Assembly: GCA_049570475.1 (NCBI GenBank)
Contig: CP186953.1
Coordinates: forward strand, 160,001 to 224,000
Reading direction: 5' to 3'
DNA from: Candidatus Methanosuratincola verstraetei
GTDB lineage: Archaea > Thermoproteota > Methanomethylicia > Methanomethylicales > Methanomethylicaceae
Length of the DNA stretch: 64,000 nt
In this document: positions 9,150-18,672 of the stretch, piece by piece
Position numbering within the stretch: position 1 is the first letter of the stretch
Layout: each line of letters opens with the position of its first letter
The notes under the pieces: generated by a model
What the model saw: only the letters and a program-made list of their open reading frames with translations
The model's database searches: none
What the model was told of the DNA's origin: nothing
Position numbers and translations under genes: made by a program

Positions 9150-9921
9150 CGAAGATAGCCTCCAGATCCTCGGCAGGTATCCACTTGGGGATTACGGAGA
9201 ATCGGCTCTTGTAAACCGAGTCCGCGAGCGAGATCATGGCTGCAGAGGCGGCTGAAGACGGGTCTGTCTCGATCATCGTCCTTCTCGCCCTGTCAGCGTT
9301 CTTTATCTCATCGGAAAGCGGCACCGATCCCAGAATCGGCAAGCCGACCTTTTCCGAGAAGGCCTCAACATATGCCCTCCCCCTCTCCGAAGCCCTGTTG
9401 TACAGAAGGCCGCCGACCTTAGCGCCTATGGAAGTGAAGCCCCTGCAGAGATTGTTTGCGGCATAGAGCGACATGAACTCGTCGGAAGTCACTACTAGAG
9501 CGCTCTCGGCATAACCTTCCTTGACTACCACGGCGAGCCCCCCGCAAACTATGTCGGCAGGCACGTCGAAAATCACAAGGTCGAATTCTTCCAGATCCAA
9601 CGCTTCGATCAAATACCTGATCCCGATGATTAGGCCTCGCCCAGCGCACCCAACCCCGGGCTCCGGGCCGCCTATCTCAACGCAGGACACTCCATTGAAG
9701 CCGACCATGGTGAAACGCTCTGGCGGCGGCCTCTTCTCTTCCCTCATTACCTCGAGCAGAGGCTGGATGCGCCTGCCGAGAAGGTTTATGGTAGAGTCTG
9801 CCTTAGGGTCGCAGCCGACCAATAGGGTTTTTACCCCTCTGCCCCCCAAGGCTGCAGCAATGTTTGATGCCAGCGTGGATTTGCCGATGCCGCCCTTCCC
9901 GTAGAGTGCAAGTGCCCTCAT
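9136..9921 (-). CDS. cfbC: Ni-sirohydrochlorin a,c-diamide reductive cyclase, Fe-protein (NifH-like)
   Basis: YGKGGIGKST, GCDPKADST, GGPEPGVGCAGRG, DIVCGG; next to cfbD. Confidence 0.9.
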   Translation of the reverse strand: MRALALYGKGGIGKSTLASNIAAALGGRGVKTLLVGCDPKADSTINLLGRRIQPLLEVMREEKRPPPERFTMVGFNGVSCVEIGGPEPGVGCAGRGLIIGIRYLIEALDLEEFDLVIFDVPADIVCGGLAVVVKEGYAESALVVTSDEFMSLYAANNLCRGFTSIGAKVGGLLYNRASERGRAYVEAFSEKVGLPILGSVPLSDEIKNADRARRTMIETDPSSAASAAMISLADSVYKSRFSVIPKWIPAEDLEAIFVGDA

Positions 9922-11009
9922 GCGCGTATGCCCTCCCTGATCGCCTGACCGAGCAGGGATCTCCGTATCTGCTTGTTCCGACCAAGGGATACCTGGTGGG
10001 CGTCGCGCTCGCCTACTACATAGTCATAGCCCAATGACTTCAGGTTGGATACAGCCCTGGACCCTACGCTCACCGCAACTGTCCTGACCGCCCTCTCCAC
10101 CGCCACAGCATGAGGTATGCCGGATATCACTGCCAGGTCTGGCGGGGAATTGAGGATAATCTGCTTAGCCTTCTCGCCTGAGGCAGGGTACTCATCGATC
10201 CCCCCAGTTATCGCGTCAACTGCCACCCCGGCATCCGAAAAACTGCCCAAGATCTGCCTCGAGTACAACCTGACCCTGGGCAGCCCCACAGATGGATCTA
10301 GGTTTGCCAAGACCTGCACCTTGCCCCCTAGCCTTCGTGACGCCTCGCAAATGGCGAGCGTCACATCAGCATACAGGAAGGCAGTCTCCTTCTTGGCGTT
10401 GAGTACGCATGCCACTTTCCCCCCTGACGCCAGGACGCCCAAAATGGCACGGGCCACTTCTTTAGGAGGATCCCCAACGCAGGTATCGATGTATTCCCCC
10501 CTGGCTGTGCCCCTAGCCTGCTCAAGCTGGGTAGCCATCTCGAGCATCCGCTTCTGCCGCTCGAACTCCTCACGGGGAATCAGCCCCATTGACATCGCCT
10601 CCCTGAGGACCACTATTGCACCCACAGTGTTGTCTCCAGAACCGCTGTGCACGTCGCAGCAGATCGTCTTGTCAAGGAGCCCGGCTTCTCTTGCTGCCTT
10701 CTTGAGATCCTCACCTATTATCATGCTGGCGCAGCTGCCAACAAGGCCTATGAGCCTTGGCTTGAAAAGCTCGTCGACGCGCTTCAGCACCCTAGACAGC
10801 TTCCCCTCGCTGCCGAAGACGAAATCGTCCTCGAGAAGCGCGCTTGTGACGACCCTCACCCCATCCCTCTCGAGCAGCCTGGCTGGCCTGAAACAGCACC
10901 CCGAAGGGCCATGTAAGACTATCACGTCCACATCAAGATCCCGCAGCGTGTACATGGCAGCGGCTATCGGGCTCGGCCTCGGGTGCATTATAACGGACAT
11001 CTTAAGCAC
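9918..11009 (-). CDS. cfbD: Ni-sirohydrochlorin a,c-diamide reductive cyclase, catalytic subunit (NflD)
   Basis: MHPRPSPIAAAMYTLRD, LHGPSGCCF, GSCASMIIGEDL, NAKKETA. Confidence 0.95.
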   Translation of the reverse strand: MLKMSVIMHPRPSPIAAAMYTLRDLDVDVIVLHGPSGCCFRPARLLERDGVRVVTSALLEDDFVFGSEGKLSRVLKRVDELFKPRLIGLVGSCASMIIGEDLKKAAREAGLLDKTICCDVHSGSGDNTVGAIVVLREAMSMGLIPREEFERQKRMLEMATQLEQARGTARGEYIDTCVGDPPKEVARAILGVLASGGKVACVLNAKKETAFLYADVTLAICEASRRLGGKVQVLANLDPSVGLPRVRLYSRQILGSFSDAGVAVDAITGGIDEYPASGEKAKQIILNSPPDLAVISGIPHAVAVERAVRTVAVSVGSRAVSNLKSLGYDYVVGERDAHQVSLGRNKQIRRSLLGQAIREGIRA

Positions 11010-12285
11010 GCTCCAGAATCAATGAAGGCACATCCCCCGCATGACTCGCCCCCTCGAGGCGCTCCGCGTCAATGAATTTCGAGAGAGCGTCGCCAAATTC
11101 GCCGAAGAGAAAAACTTCCCTGAACGGGCTAGATCGTATTACCCTTGCGACCTCTTCTGCGTCAAGCGAGCCGCAAGTAGTCTTCAGCTTCCCGCCGATT
11201 ATCAGCCTGATGGGCGGGTATATCTCCAAATAATCCCTGATAGATGCCTCGATAGACTTTGCGCCTACAGACGGGCTCCTGTTCAGCACACGGGGAGGAT
11301 CGGGGCACTCCAAGACCATCTTCTTCTCAAAGGGCTCGGCACCAAACATTACATCACTTTCATCCCAGTTGAAGTATGAAGAGATTGCGACTGCCACAAG
11401 CATATTCTCGAGGTGCTGCCTGCCTACTGGGCCTGGGGCGCTTATGACCCGCCTGGCGCCGCTTACGGGCCCAACCATGGTCCCGAATCCCTCAAAAACC
11501 GCCGTGAATCCTATCCCAGAAGCACCCACTCTCGCACCCTCTGCCCGCACTTCCGAAGCAGAGCCTTTAGGAGAAAATCGTTGGACCCCAGTCAGACCAG
11601 AAAGCTTGCTGTCGTCAGCATTCACCAATACTGTGGACCCATCCTTCCTGTCCAAAACCATCGAAATCTTTGCTCTTGAGGCGGAAGATGTCCCTTTTGC
11701 GATTGGATAATCATCATAAACATTTTTGATTATGCCAAGATCTGCGAGCCCGGTCCCGCCTAAGGAGACTTCGAAGATCGCCAAGTCTGGCCTTTCGGGC
11801 GCAAGCCTCAGCGCCCTGATTATGTTTGCTGGCGTTGCGCTTGTGTTGCCGGCGAGAATCTCTCTGCCTGCGTCGCTGTCGAAGCATATGCCCTTGCTCG
11901 TGATGCTTAGTACCGAGAATCGCTCTCTCAGCATTGAAATGGCGCATAGCACGGAGGTCGTCTTCCCGAAGCTCCCGGTGATTTCAGCCACAGGGAATTT
12001 TATCAGGTCCGAGGCGAGCACCCTCACAGCCTGGTGGTGGGTGATCAGCCTATCCTCTACCCCACGGAATGGCTCTGAAGGGAAGTGGACAGGCTTGACA
12101 ATCAGGTCGAACTGCGACGGGTCAGGGAGCGCCCTCTCAACCCTGAAATTCCTTGAGCACCGCTCCAGATCCTCCTTGGACATGGTCCTGTGGACGTCCA
12201 CTAAAGTGACCTCATCACCCCTTCCCCTAAACTCCTCTGAGAGGGTGATCCCCCCATGGGTGGCATCCACGACCATTACTTTCAA
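11002..12285 (-). CDS. cfbE: Coenzyme F430 synthase (Mur-ligase-like)
   Basis: VDATHGG, PVHFP, EITGSFGKTT, FEVSLGGTGLAD, DYPIAKG, TCG. Confidence 0.92.
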   Translation of the reverse strand: MKVMVVDATHGGITLSEEFRGRGDEVTLVDVHRTMSKEDLERCSRNFRVERALPDPSQFDLIVKPVHFPSEPFRGVEDRLITHHQAVRVLASDLIKFPVAEITGSFGKTTSVLCAISMLRERFSVLSITSKGICFDSDAGREILAGNTSATPANIIRALRLAPERPDLAIFEVSLGGTGLADLGIIKNVYDDYPIAKGTSSASRAKISMVLDRKDGSTVLVNADDSKLSGLTGVQRFSPKGSASEVRAEGARVGASGIGFTAVFEGFGTMVGPVSGARRVISAPGPVGRQHLENMLVAVAISSYFNWDESDVMFGAEPFEKKMVLECPDPPRVLNRSPSVGAKSIEASIRDYLEIYPPIRLIIGGKLKTTCGSLDAEEVARVIRSSPFREVFLFGEFGDALSKFIDAERLEGASHAGDVPSLILERA

Positions 12286-12686
12286 CGCTCAACCCCCGCA
12301 GCCTCAGCTATCCTGTCTTTGAGTATACCCAGTATCCGCTCGTCCTTGCCCAGCGGGGCGCCGTATTTGACCAAGATCTCCCTGCCAGAAACCACGATCT
12401 TCCCGATCCTTGAGCCTTTTGGTATCCCCAAGAGTGCAGGGATGTCTTGGTCGATATGCACCCCCCGAGTCAGGAAGACGGGCTGCACAATCAGCTCTTC
12501 GACTCCGGACTTTGCAGCTGCTTCAAGGGCTTCTGGGATCGACGGATCGCACATCTCCATGAATGCATAGCCAACGAACCCGTATTCCCCCATAAGCCGC
12601 TCTGCAAAATACCTGACCGCTTCCTTGTTGTACGGCTCTCTGCTTCCATGCCCTACCAAGATTACACCTGTTCTTTTCGGATTCAT
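12282..12686 (-). CDS. cfbA: Sirohydrochlorin nickelochelatase (small CbiX type)
   Basis: LVGHGS, AFME, PVFLTRGVHIDQDIP, PLG; 134 aa; cfb context. Confidence 0.88.
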   Translation of the reverse strand: MNPKRTGVILVGHGSREPYNKEAVRYFAERLMGEYGFVGYAFMEMCDPSIPEALEAAAKSGVEELIVQPVFLTRGVHIDQDIPALLGIPKGSRIGKIVVSGREILVKYGAPLGKDERILGILKDRIAEAAGVER

Positions 12687-13438
12687 GTCTGATCACCTTT
12701 AAGGTATGAAACAAGCCCATTGATCGAGTGGATCCCCAGCACCGCGGCATCGATCCCTGCTGACTTGAGACCCCTCGCAGTCTCAGGACCAATCGCAATT
12801 ACCTTGACCCTCTTCAGGGCACCTATCGCCTCAAGCTCTCTGCCGCAGGAGCGGAGGTAATCGACCAGCATCAGAATAGATGACCGGCTGGTGAAGACTG
12901 CTGCCTCGACCCCTTTCTCGAGCGTATGCAGGAAAAGGTTTATGCCTTCGACATCAGGCTGCGCTGTGTAAATCCTCAACTCTTCAGAGCTGATGCCTTG
13001 GCTATTTAGCTTTTCAGAAAACCAAGAGTCTGCAAGTGCGCTTCTTGGCACTACCATTTTCCTGAACGGGGCCTTTGAATTCTCTGCTGCAATCAGATCG
13101 GCGAGGGATGCGCTCGTGTATTCCCTAGGAACCCCTGATACTCTTATGCCGCGCGATTCCAAGGAACCCGCCGTTGAAGGGCCAACCGCGTATACCCGCA
13201 TTGCAGAGAGCGACTTCACTAGCATTGCGTCGGGGGAAATGAGATCGATAGCCCTCGGACTCATGAAAGCTGCAGAGTCATAACTCCCCTCGATGATCCG
13301 GCCCCTCAGCGCCCTGACAGCGTCGGGATCGGGGGCTATCCTAACTGTGCTGGCCCTGACAGGATCGTATCCCAGATCCCTTAATGGGGAGGGATCGAAG
13401 TGCGAAATGGAGGTTATCAGAATCCTCTTTTTGGTCAA
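12683..13438 (-). CDS. hemD: Uroporphyrinogen-III synthase
   Basis: FMSPRA, AVGPSTA, FTSRS, AIGPETA duplicated-domain pattern. Confidence 0.88.
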   Translation of the reverse strand: MTKKRILITSISHFDPSPLRDLGYDPVRASTVRIAPDPDAVRALRGRIIEGSYDSAAFMSPRAIDLISPDAMLVKSLSAMRVYAVGPSTAGSLESRGIRVSGVPREYTSASLADLIAAENSKAPFRKMVVPRSALADSWFSEKLNSQGISSEELRIYTAQPDVEGINLFLHTLEKGVEAAVFTSRSSILMLVDYLRSCGRELEAIGALKRVKVIAIGPETARGLKSAGIDAAVLGIHSINGLVSYLKGDQT

Positions 13439-14145
13439 TGCATGAATGCCTCCACAACCTCGCCTATTACCACAACCCCGGGGCCATCGCGCCTGTCTTC
13501 CCGTCCGATAAGCTCCCCTAGCCTGTAGAATTCCTTCCGCAGCCCGCCCGAGCTGGTTATTATTGCAACAGGCCTCTCCGGGCTCATCCCGCCCTCAACC
13601 AAATACCTGGAGATCCTAGAGAGGCTTGACATCGACATCAGGAGGACGACTGTCCCAGGGAAGCGCGCATGAGCCTTGAAATAAGCCTCCTCTTCGGGCT
13701 TCGCAAGGTGGCCTGTCAAGATCAGCACAGAGGAGGAGATGTCCCGCATAGTCAAAGGGATGCATGCCAGAGTAGGCAGGGCCACTGCCGACGTCAGGCC
13801 CGGCACGACCTCAGCATCTATGCCAGCCTCACGAAGAGAGATCAGCTCCTCGCCACCCCTTCCGAATACGAACGGGTCGCCGCTCTTTAGCCTGACCACA
13901 ATCTTTCCTGACCTAGCATAGCACACCATCATCTCAGTCAATTCCTTTTGTTTCTGCGGACCATCGCCTGGCTCCTTCCCTGCGTAAACGATCTCGGCGC
14001 CAGGCTTGGCAAGCTTAAGGAGGGACGAGTCCACCAGCCGATCATAGAGGATCACATCTGCCTCGGAGATGAGGCGGTGTGCGCGCATCGTAAGGTTCTC
14101 CACCCCAAGCACGCCAGCCCCGACAAGGTAGACTTTTCCCTTCAT
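13435..14145 (-). CDS. cobA: Uroporphyrinogen-III C-methyltransferase (SUMT)
   Basis: VYLVGAG, ADVILYDRLV, VRLKSGDPFVFGRGGEE, VVPGLTS. Confidence 0.93.
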   Translation of the reverse strand: MKGKVYLVGAGVLGVENLTMRAHRLISEADVILYDRLVDSSLLKLAKPGAEIVYAGKEPGDGPQKQKELTEMMVCYARSGKIVVRLKSGDPFVFGRGGEELISLREAGIDAEVVPGLTSAVALPTLACIPLTMRDISSSVLILTGHLAKPEEEAYFKAHARFPGTVVLLMSMSSLSRISRYLVEGGMSPERPVAIITSSGGLRKEFYRLGELIGREDRRDGPGVVVIGEVVEAFMH

Positions 14146-15053
14146 CGCCCTCCCCTCCAGAAGCGGGCTACATCGCAGTCGCTCAGCACCCTATCGGCAG
14201 CATCAATGCCACACAGCTCAGGGTCCCCCCTAGGGAAATCAAATTTGAACGTCCTCGACCAAGCGCCGTCGATCGAGTAAAGGCCGCACGAGATGATCAA
14301 CCTGGGCCCTGAAACAGTGGCTGTGCAACCAACAGGAGAAGAGCAGCCGCAGCCAAGCCTCCTCAAAAATGCCCTCTCTGCTACAACTTCTTCCATAGAA
14401 TCTTCGGAGTTTATTTTGGATACAAGTTCAAGCATCCTCGAATCACCTTTCCTGGCAATGACAGCCAGAGCCCCCTGCCCTGGGCTTGTGGGGATCAGAT
14501 CGGTCGGGAGGCGTTCCATCTTCACGTCCATTATCCCCATCCTGGCTAGGGCAGCCTCCGCGACAATTATCCCCTGGAACGCACCCTCCTTAAGGCGCCT
14601 GATTCGCGTGTCGACATTTCCCCTGAGGCTAGCGACTTGCAGGTCTCGCCTTAAGGACTTTATCTGCGCGGCTCTCCTCGGGCTGCTGGTCCCCACGATC
14701 CCTCCCTCAGGCAGGGATGCGATGCTTTCGTAATCATGAGAGGCGAATACATCGTTCGGAGACAGCCTCTGGGGGATCGCTGCAACGACCAAGCCATCAT
14801 GTATCGAGGTCGGCACATCCTTCATGCTGTGAACCGCCAAGTCAACCTCGCCCCTCAGTAGTGCCTCGTCGACCTCTTTCTCGAATATCCCAGTTCCGAG
14901 TTTTTGCAGTCTCGAAGGACCGCCAATGTCGCCAGACGTCCTTATCTTGACTATCGACAAATCTTCATCGCAGATCTCCCTGAGCCTGCCCAAGACATAT
15001 TCTGCCTGCAATATTGCGAGCTTGGACCCGCGCGTCCCAACCCTTACGGTCAT
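14142..15053 (-). CDS. hemC: Hydroxymethylbilane synthase
   Basis: VGTRGSKLA, AVHSMKDVP, GTSSPRR, LRGNVDTR, GQGAL. Confidence 0.96.
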   Translation of the reverse strand: MTVRVGTRGSKLAILQAEYVLGRLREICDEDLSIVKIRTSGDIGGPSRLQKLGTGIFEKEVDEALLRGEVDLAVHSMKDVPTSIHDGLVVAAIPQRLSPNDVFASHDYESIASLPEGGIVGTSSPRRAAQIKSLRRDLQVASLRGNVDTRIRRLKEGAFQGIIVAEAALARMGIMDVKMERLPTDLIPTSPGQGALAVIARKGDSRMLELVSKINSEDSMEEVVAERAFLRRLGCGCSSPVGCTATVSGPRLIISCGLYSIDGAWSRTFKFDFPRGDPELCGIDAADRVLSDCDVARFWRGGR

Positions 15054-16312
15054 GGCAAGGTCCCTCCAGACTTGATTGCTTTAACAGACTTGGACAGCGC
15101 ATCGAGTGTCGCTGAGATGTCGTCAACAGAGTGTGCCGCCGACAGGAAGCAGCACTCGAACTGCGAAGGGGGGAAGTAAACTCCGTTCTCCAGCAGTGCG
15201 CTGTGGAGCTGGCTGAACAGGCCTGATCTTGCACGCTTTGCACTCGCCTTGTCCTTAACCGGCTGGTCCGTCAGGAAGACGGTGAATATTGATCCCAGCT
15301 TGTTGATCCGGAAGTCGAACCCTTCGTCTTCCAGGATGTCCCCGATGCCTGAGCATAGCCCATCAGTCTTTTTGGACAAGCTGGAATAAACGTTGCCATC
15401 AAGCATCCTCAGAACGCTTAGCCCGGCGACCATTGTGACAGGGTTCCCGTTGAAAGTCCCGGCATTGTAAACTTTCCCCTGGGGGGCGACCAGCTCCATT
15501 ATCTCCTTCCTCCCTCCGAAAGCCCCAACAGGGAAACCCCCGCCCAGCACCTTCCCGAGTGTAGTCAGGTCGGGAAAAACGCCAAAGAGCTGCTGTGCTC
15601 CACCTTTCGCTAGCCGGAATCCGGTTATCACTTCATCGAATATCAGGACCGCGCCGGCAGCAGTGCATGCCTTCCTTAGCTCCCTAAGGAAACCCTCCTC
15701 AGGGATCACAAGCCCAACGTTTCCCATCACCGGTTCCACTATCACCCCTGCGACATCTTCGTTGATCATGTCAAGCGAGCTTATGTCGTTGAAGGGGATC
15801 ACTGCAGTCTCTCCCACAACCGCCTCGGTGATCCCTTCAGAGAGGGCGCGCCTTTCGGGGCCTATGCCATCCACGAGCAAAGGATCGACCGCGCCGTGGT
15901 AACATCCGTCGAACTTTATGATCCTACTCCTCTTTGTGAATGCCCTGGCGAGCCTTATTGCGCTCATGGCAGCCTCCCCCCCGGAGTTGACGAACCGAAC
16001 CATCGAGATCGAAGGGACGGAACGGACCACTTCCTCTGCAAGCTCCACCTCTGCATGGTGGGGGGTGCCGTAGACGCTGCCCTCTTGCACCTGCCTGGCG
16101 ACCGCTTCAGCCAAGAATCCGGGCGCATGCCCGAATATCAATGGACCGTAAGCAAGGCAGTAGTCAATAAGCGACTTCCCGTCCTCTGTGAAGATCCTTG
16201 AGCCCTTGGCCCTGGACGTAAAGAATGGGAAGGGCGCAAAGCGCCTGACTGGGCTGTCCACGCCGCCAGGCATGACCGAGGTAGCTCGCCTGAATAGAGT
16301 CTCGGACTTCAA
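15050..16312 (-). CDS. hemL: Glutamate-1-semialdehyde 2,1-aminomutase
   Basis: MPGGVDSPVR, GCYHG, FDEVITGFR, LGKVLGGGFPVGA, AGTFNGNP, PSQFE. Confidence 0.96.
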   Translation of the reverse strand: MKSETLFRRATSVMPGGVDSPVRRFAPFPFFTSRAKGSRIFTEDGKSLIDYCLAYGPLIFGHAPGFLAEAVARQVQEGSVYGTPHHAEVELAEEVVRSVPSISMVRFVNSGGEAAMSAIRLARAFTKRSRIIKFDGCYHGAVDPLLVDGIGPERRALSEGITEAVVGETAVIPFNDISSLDMINEDVAGVIVEPVMGNVGLVIPEEGFLRELRKACTAAGAVLIFDEVITGFRLAKGGAQQLFGVFPDLTTLGKVLGGGFPVGAFGGRKEIMELVAPQGKVYNAGTFNGNPVTMVAGLSVLRMLDGNVYSSLSKKTDGLCSGIGDILEDEGFDFRINKLGSIFTVFLTDQPVKDKASAKRARSGLFSQLHSALLENGVYFPPSQFECCFLSAAHSVDDISATLDALSKSVKAIKSGGTLP

Positions 16313-17280
16313 TCCCAGACCTCCCTAAGATAGGCAATCGTTTGGGGGGCGAAGTAGGTGATGATCATGTCGGCACCCGCCCTCCTTATTGAGCGGAGCA
16401 TCTCGAGAACAACGCGGGCTTCAGATACGCCTGCTGCGTCGGAGTAGGCCTTGATCATCGCGTACTCCCCGCTCACCTGGTATGCGGCTATCGGGCAAAG
16501 CAACCTTTTCCGCAAATCCCTGATTACGTCTAGGTTTGTTATGGCAGGCTTTACCATGACGATATCCGCCCCCTCCCTTATGTCCTCTAATGCTTCGGCT
16601 ATTGCCTCACGCCTGTTCCGTATGTCCATCTGGTAAGCCGACCTGTCTCCAAAAGAAGGCGCCGAGGAAGCGACATCCCTGAATGGCGCATAGAGGGAGG
16701 AGCAGTACTTCGCCGAGTATGACATGATTGCGACCGAATCGTAGCCAGAGGCGTCCAGCGCAGCCCTTATGGACGCGACCTGCCCGTCAGCCATGGCCGA
16801 GGGAGCGACGACATCTGCTCCAGCTTCTGCATGGCTGACAGCTATCTTTGATAGCGCGCTTAGGGTCTTTTCCCTGCTTATCGATTCCCCCTCGAGGATG
16901 CCGCAATGACCATGGTCAGTGTACTGGCAGAGGCATACATCAGTCAGGACGGCGATCTCTGGGAAAGAGCCCTTTGCCGCCCTTATTGCCTGCTGAACCA
17001 CACCCTCTGCGGCGTAGGCTGAAGATCCAGACGGATCCTTCGAGCACGGCAGGCCGAACATCAGAACAGATCGGATTCCCGCATCCGCCAACGGTTCGAG
17101 ATAACTCACAAGGGCCTTGAGAGGGACCTTCTCCATCCCGCCCCAGCGAGATCTCTCGATCTCTCCGCTCTCCTTCACGAATACAGGCATTATGAACTTG
17201 CTGGGATTGAGATCAGACTCGCATGCGAGATCCCTTAGAACGTAGCTCTTCCTCAGCCTTGAAGTAATTCTAGCATCCAC
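16309..17280 (-). CDS. hemB: Porphobilinogen synthase (Zn-type)
   Basis: DVCLCQYTDHGHCG, APSAMADG, MSYSAKY, MVKPA, AYQVSGEY. Confidence 0.96.
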   Translation of the reverse strand: MDARITSRLRKSYVLRDLACESDLNPSKFIMPVFVKESGEIERSRWGGMEKVPLKALVSYLEPLADAGIRSVLMFGLPCSKDPSGSSAYAAEGVVQQAIRAAKGSFPEIAVLTDVCLCQYTDHGHCGILEGESISREKTLSALSKIAVSHAEAGADVVAPSAMADGQVASIRAALDASGYDSVAIMSYSAKYCSSLYAPFRDVASSAPSFGDRSAYQMDIRNRREAIAEALEDIREGADIVMVKPAITNLDVIRDLRKRLLCPIAAYQVSGEYAMIKAYSDAAGVSEARVVLEMLRSIRRAGADMIITYFAPQTIAYLREVWD

Positions 17281-18466
17281 CAGTTGGCCCCTCCTGCAAA
17301 TCGCTCTCGCCGAATAGCGGCACGATGAGGTCGCGCATAAGTATGTACGAGAAGTCGCTTATGACCTTGGTCTGTTCCTCGGAGAACCTTCCCTTCTTCA
17401 GGGCGAGCTCCAATGCTTTCCTCCGCCTCTCCTCAGCCCACCGCATTACCTCTTCAAACTTTTTCTTCTGTTCCCCAGCCTGCAGCCTATGCATTACTAG
17501 CGCTAGAGAAGGCTCGATCAATTCCTTTGCCTTTATCATCGCCTCCTCCCTGTTCTTCATATTCTCCCTTGCTATCCGTATGAGCTCGTCCAAGTCTATC
17601 AGCTTCGCACAGCCCAAATCCCTTATTCGCTCGTCCACGCCCCGAGGGTTCGAAACATCGATGATCAGGATCCGCTTTCTCGAGTCGAGCTGATCTAGAT
17701 CACTTGGCCGAAGCACAAGATGAGGAGAGGAAGTGGCGCACACAACAGCGTCTGCCCCTGCAATTGTCTCCCTGAGGCTCTCAAAACGGACTGCCCTCCC
17801 GCCGACCGAGACCGCCAGCTTCTCTGCGCGCGAGTATGTCCGGTTTGCTATGAACACGGTGATCGGGCCCTTTCGCGGCAGGGACTTCGCTATGAGGCAA
17901 CCGATCTTGCCAGCGCCTATTATGACGATCTTCTTGCCCTCCAATGTGCCGAGCTCCAAAAGTATAGCCTTCAAGACTACGTTGCCCAAAGACACCGAGC
18001 CTTTTGAGATCGATGTCTTGCGCCTCACCATCCTACCAGCGTTGATAGCCCCCCTGAATATGATCCCTAGGACCTTTCCAGCGCATCCTGAGCCACTGGC
18101 TAGCCTGAATGCCTCTTCCACTTGGTGCAGCACCTCGTTCTCCCCAAGAATCACGGACTCGAGGCCGGAAGCCAGGTAAAAGAGATGCCTTACCGCCTCC
18201 TCGCCTTCGTAAAACTCCTCATAAATGTCAATTGGACAGCAGCTGCCCGAGTTGGAGACCAGAAACTCCTTGAGCTCGCTGTGCCCTATGCAGGAGCCCA
18301 CAGAATAGATCTCAACCCTGTGGCAGGTCTGGATCACTGCGCATTCCTCTGCCCCAAGCTCCTTAAGGCGCGCAAGGAAAGAGACGATATCTTTTATGGC
18401 GAAACTCTCAAGTACTCGGACTGGGGCCTTTTTGTGGCTGATCGATAGGCACAGTATCTGCGGCAT
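17270..18466 (-). CDS. hemA: Glutamyl-tRNA reductase
   Basis: QTCHRVEIY, ASGLESVILGENEVLHQ, IIGAGKIG, ANRT, DVSNPRGV. Confidence 0.95.
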   Translation of the reverse strand: MPQILCLSISHKKAPVRVLESFAIKDIVSFLARLKELGAEECAVIQTCHRVEIYSVGSCIGHSELKEFLVSNSGSCCPIDIYEEFYEGEEAVRHLFYLASGLESVILGENEVLHQVEEAFRLASGSGCAGKVLGIIFRGAINAGRMVRRKTSISKGSVSLGNVVLKAILLELGTLEGKKIVIIGAGKIGCLIAKSLPRKGPITVFIANRTYSRAEKLAVSVGGRAVRFESLRETIAGADAVVCATSSPHLVLRPSDLDQLDSRKRILIIDVSNPRGVDERIRDLGCAKLIDLDELIRIARENMKNREEAMIKAKELIEPSLALVMHRLQAGEQKKKFEEVMRWAEERRRKALELALKKGRFSEEQTKVISDFSYILMRDLIVPLFGESDLQEGPTGGC

Positions 18467-18502
18467 CGATTTTCCCTGAAGGTTGTTTTAATATATTCAT
18501 TT

Positions 18503-18518
18503 TGTTTCATATGAAACA
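18503..18518. promoter_or_regulatory. Perfect 16-bp palindrome TGTTTCATATGAAACA upstream of hemA
   Basis: Self-complementary; lies just upstream (minus strand) of an AT-rich TATA-like element, 36 nt from the hemA start; a second copy is at 7218-7233. Confidence 0.7.
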
Positions 18519-18672
18519 GAAAACCATGTTTCTGCGGTGTTTGGGGCGCAACACTGCGCCGCTGCGGGAGGGGCGGCTGGGCAAATGGCTACCCGATTTT
18601 ATTTATATAAACATTTAAAAAAAACTTAAAAAGGCGCAATCAAATATACGCATACATTGATAAGGGGTATCC

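Noticed and set aside
9136-11009. NifH/NifD-like genes as a nitrogenase
   Set aside because: The short NflD-type subunit, absence of nifK/E/N/B and the cfb context identify them as CfbC and CfbD.
10117-11025. 302-aa plus-strand ORF
   Set aside because: Antisense shadow of cfbD; Ser/Pro/Thr-rich with no motifs.
11002-12285. Mur ligase suggesting murein or pseudomurein synthesis
   Set aside because: CfbE-type motifs and position within the cfb operon.
18530-18582. GC-rich possible hairpins between hemA and purF
   Set aside because: Short stems with no recognisable RNA family; cannot be told from chance.
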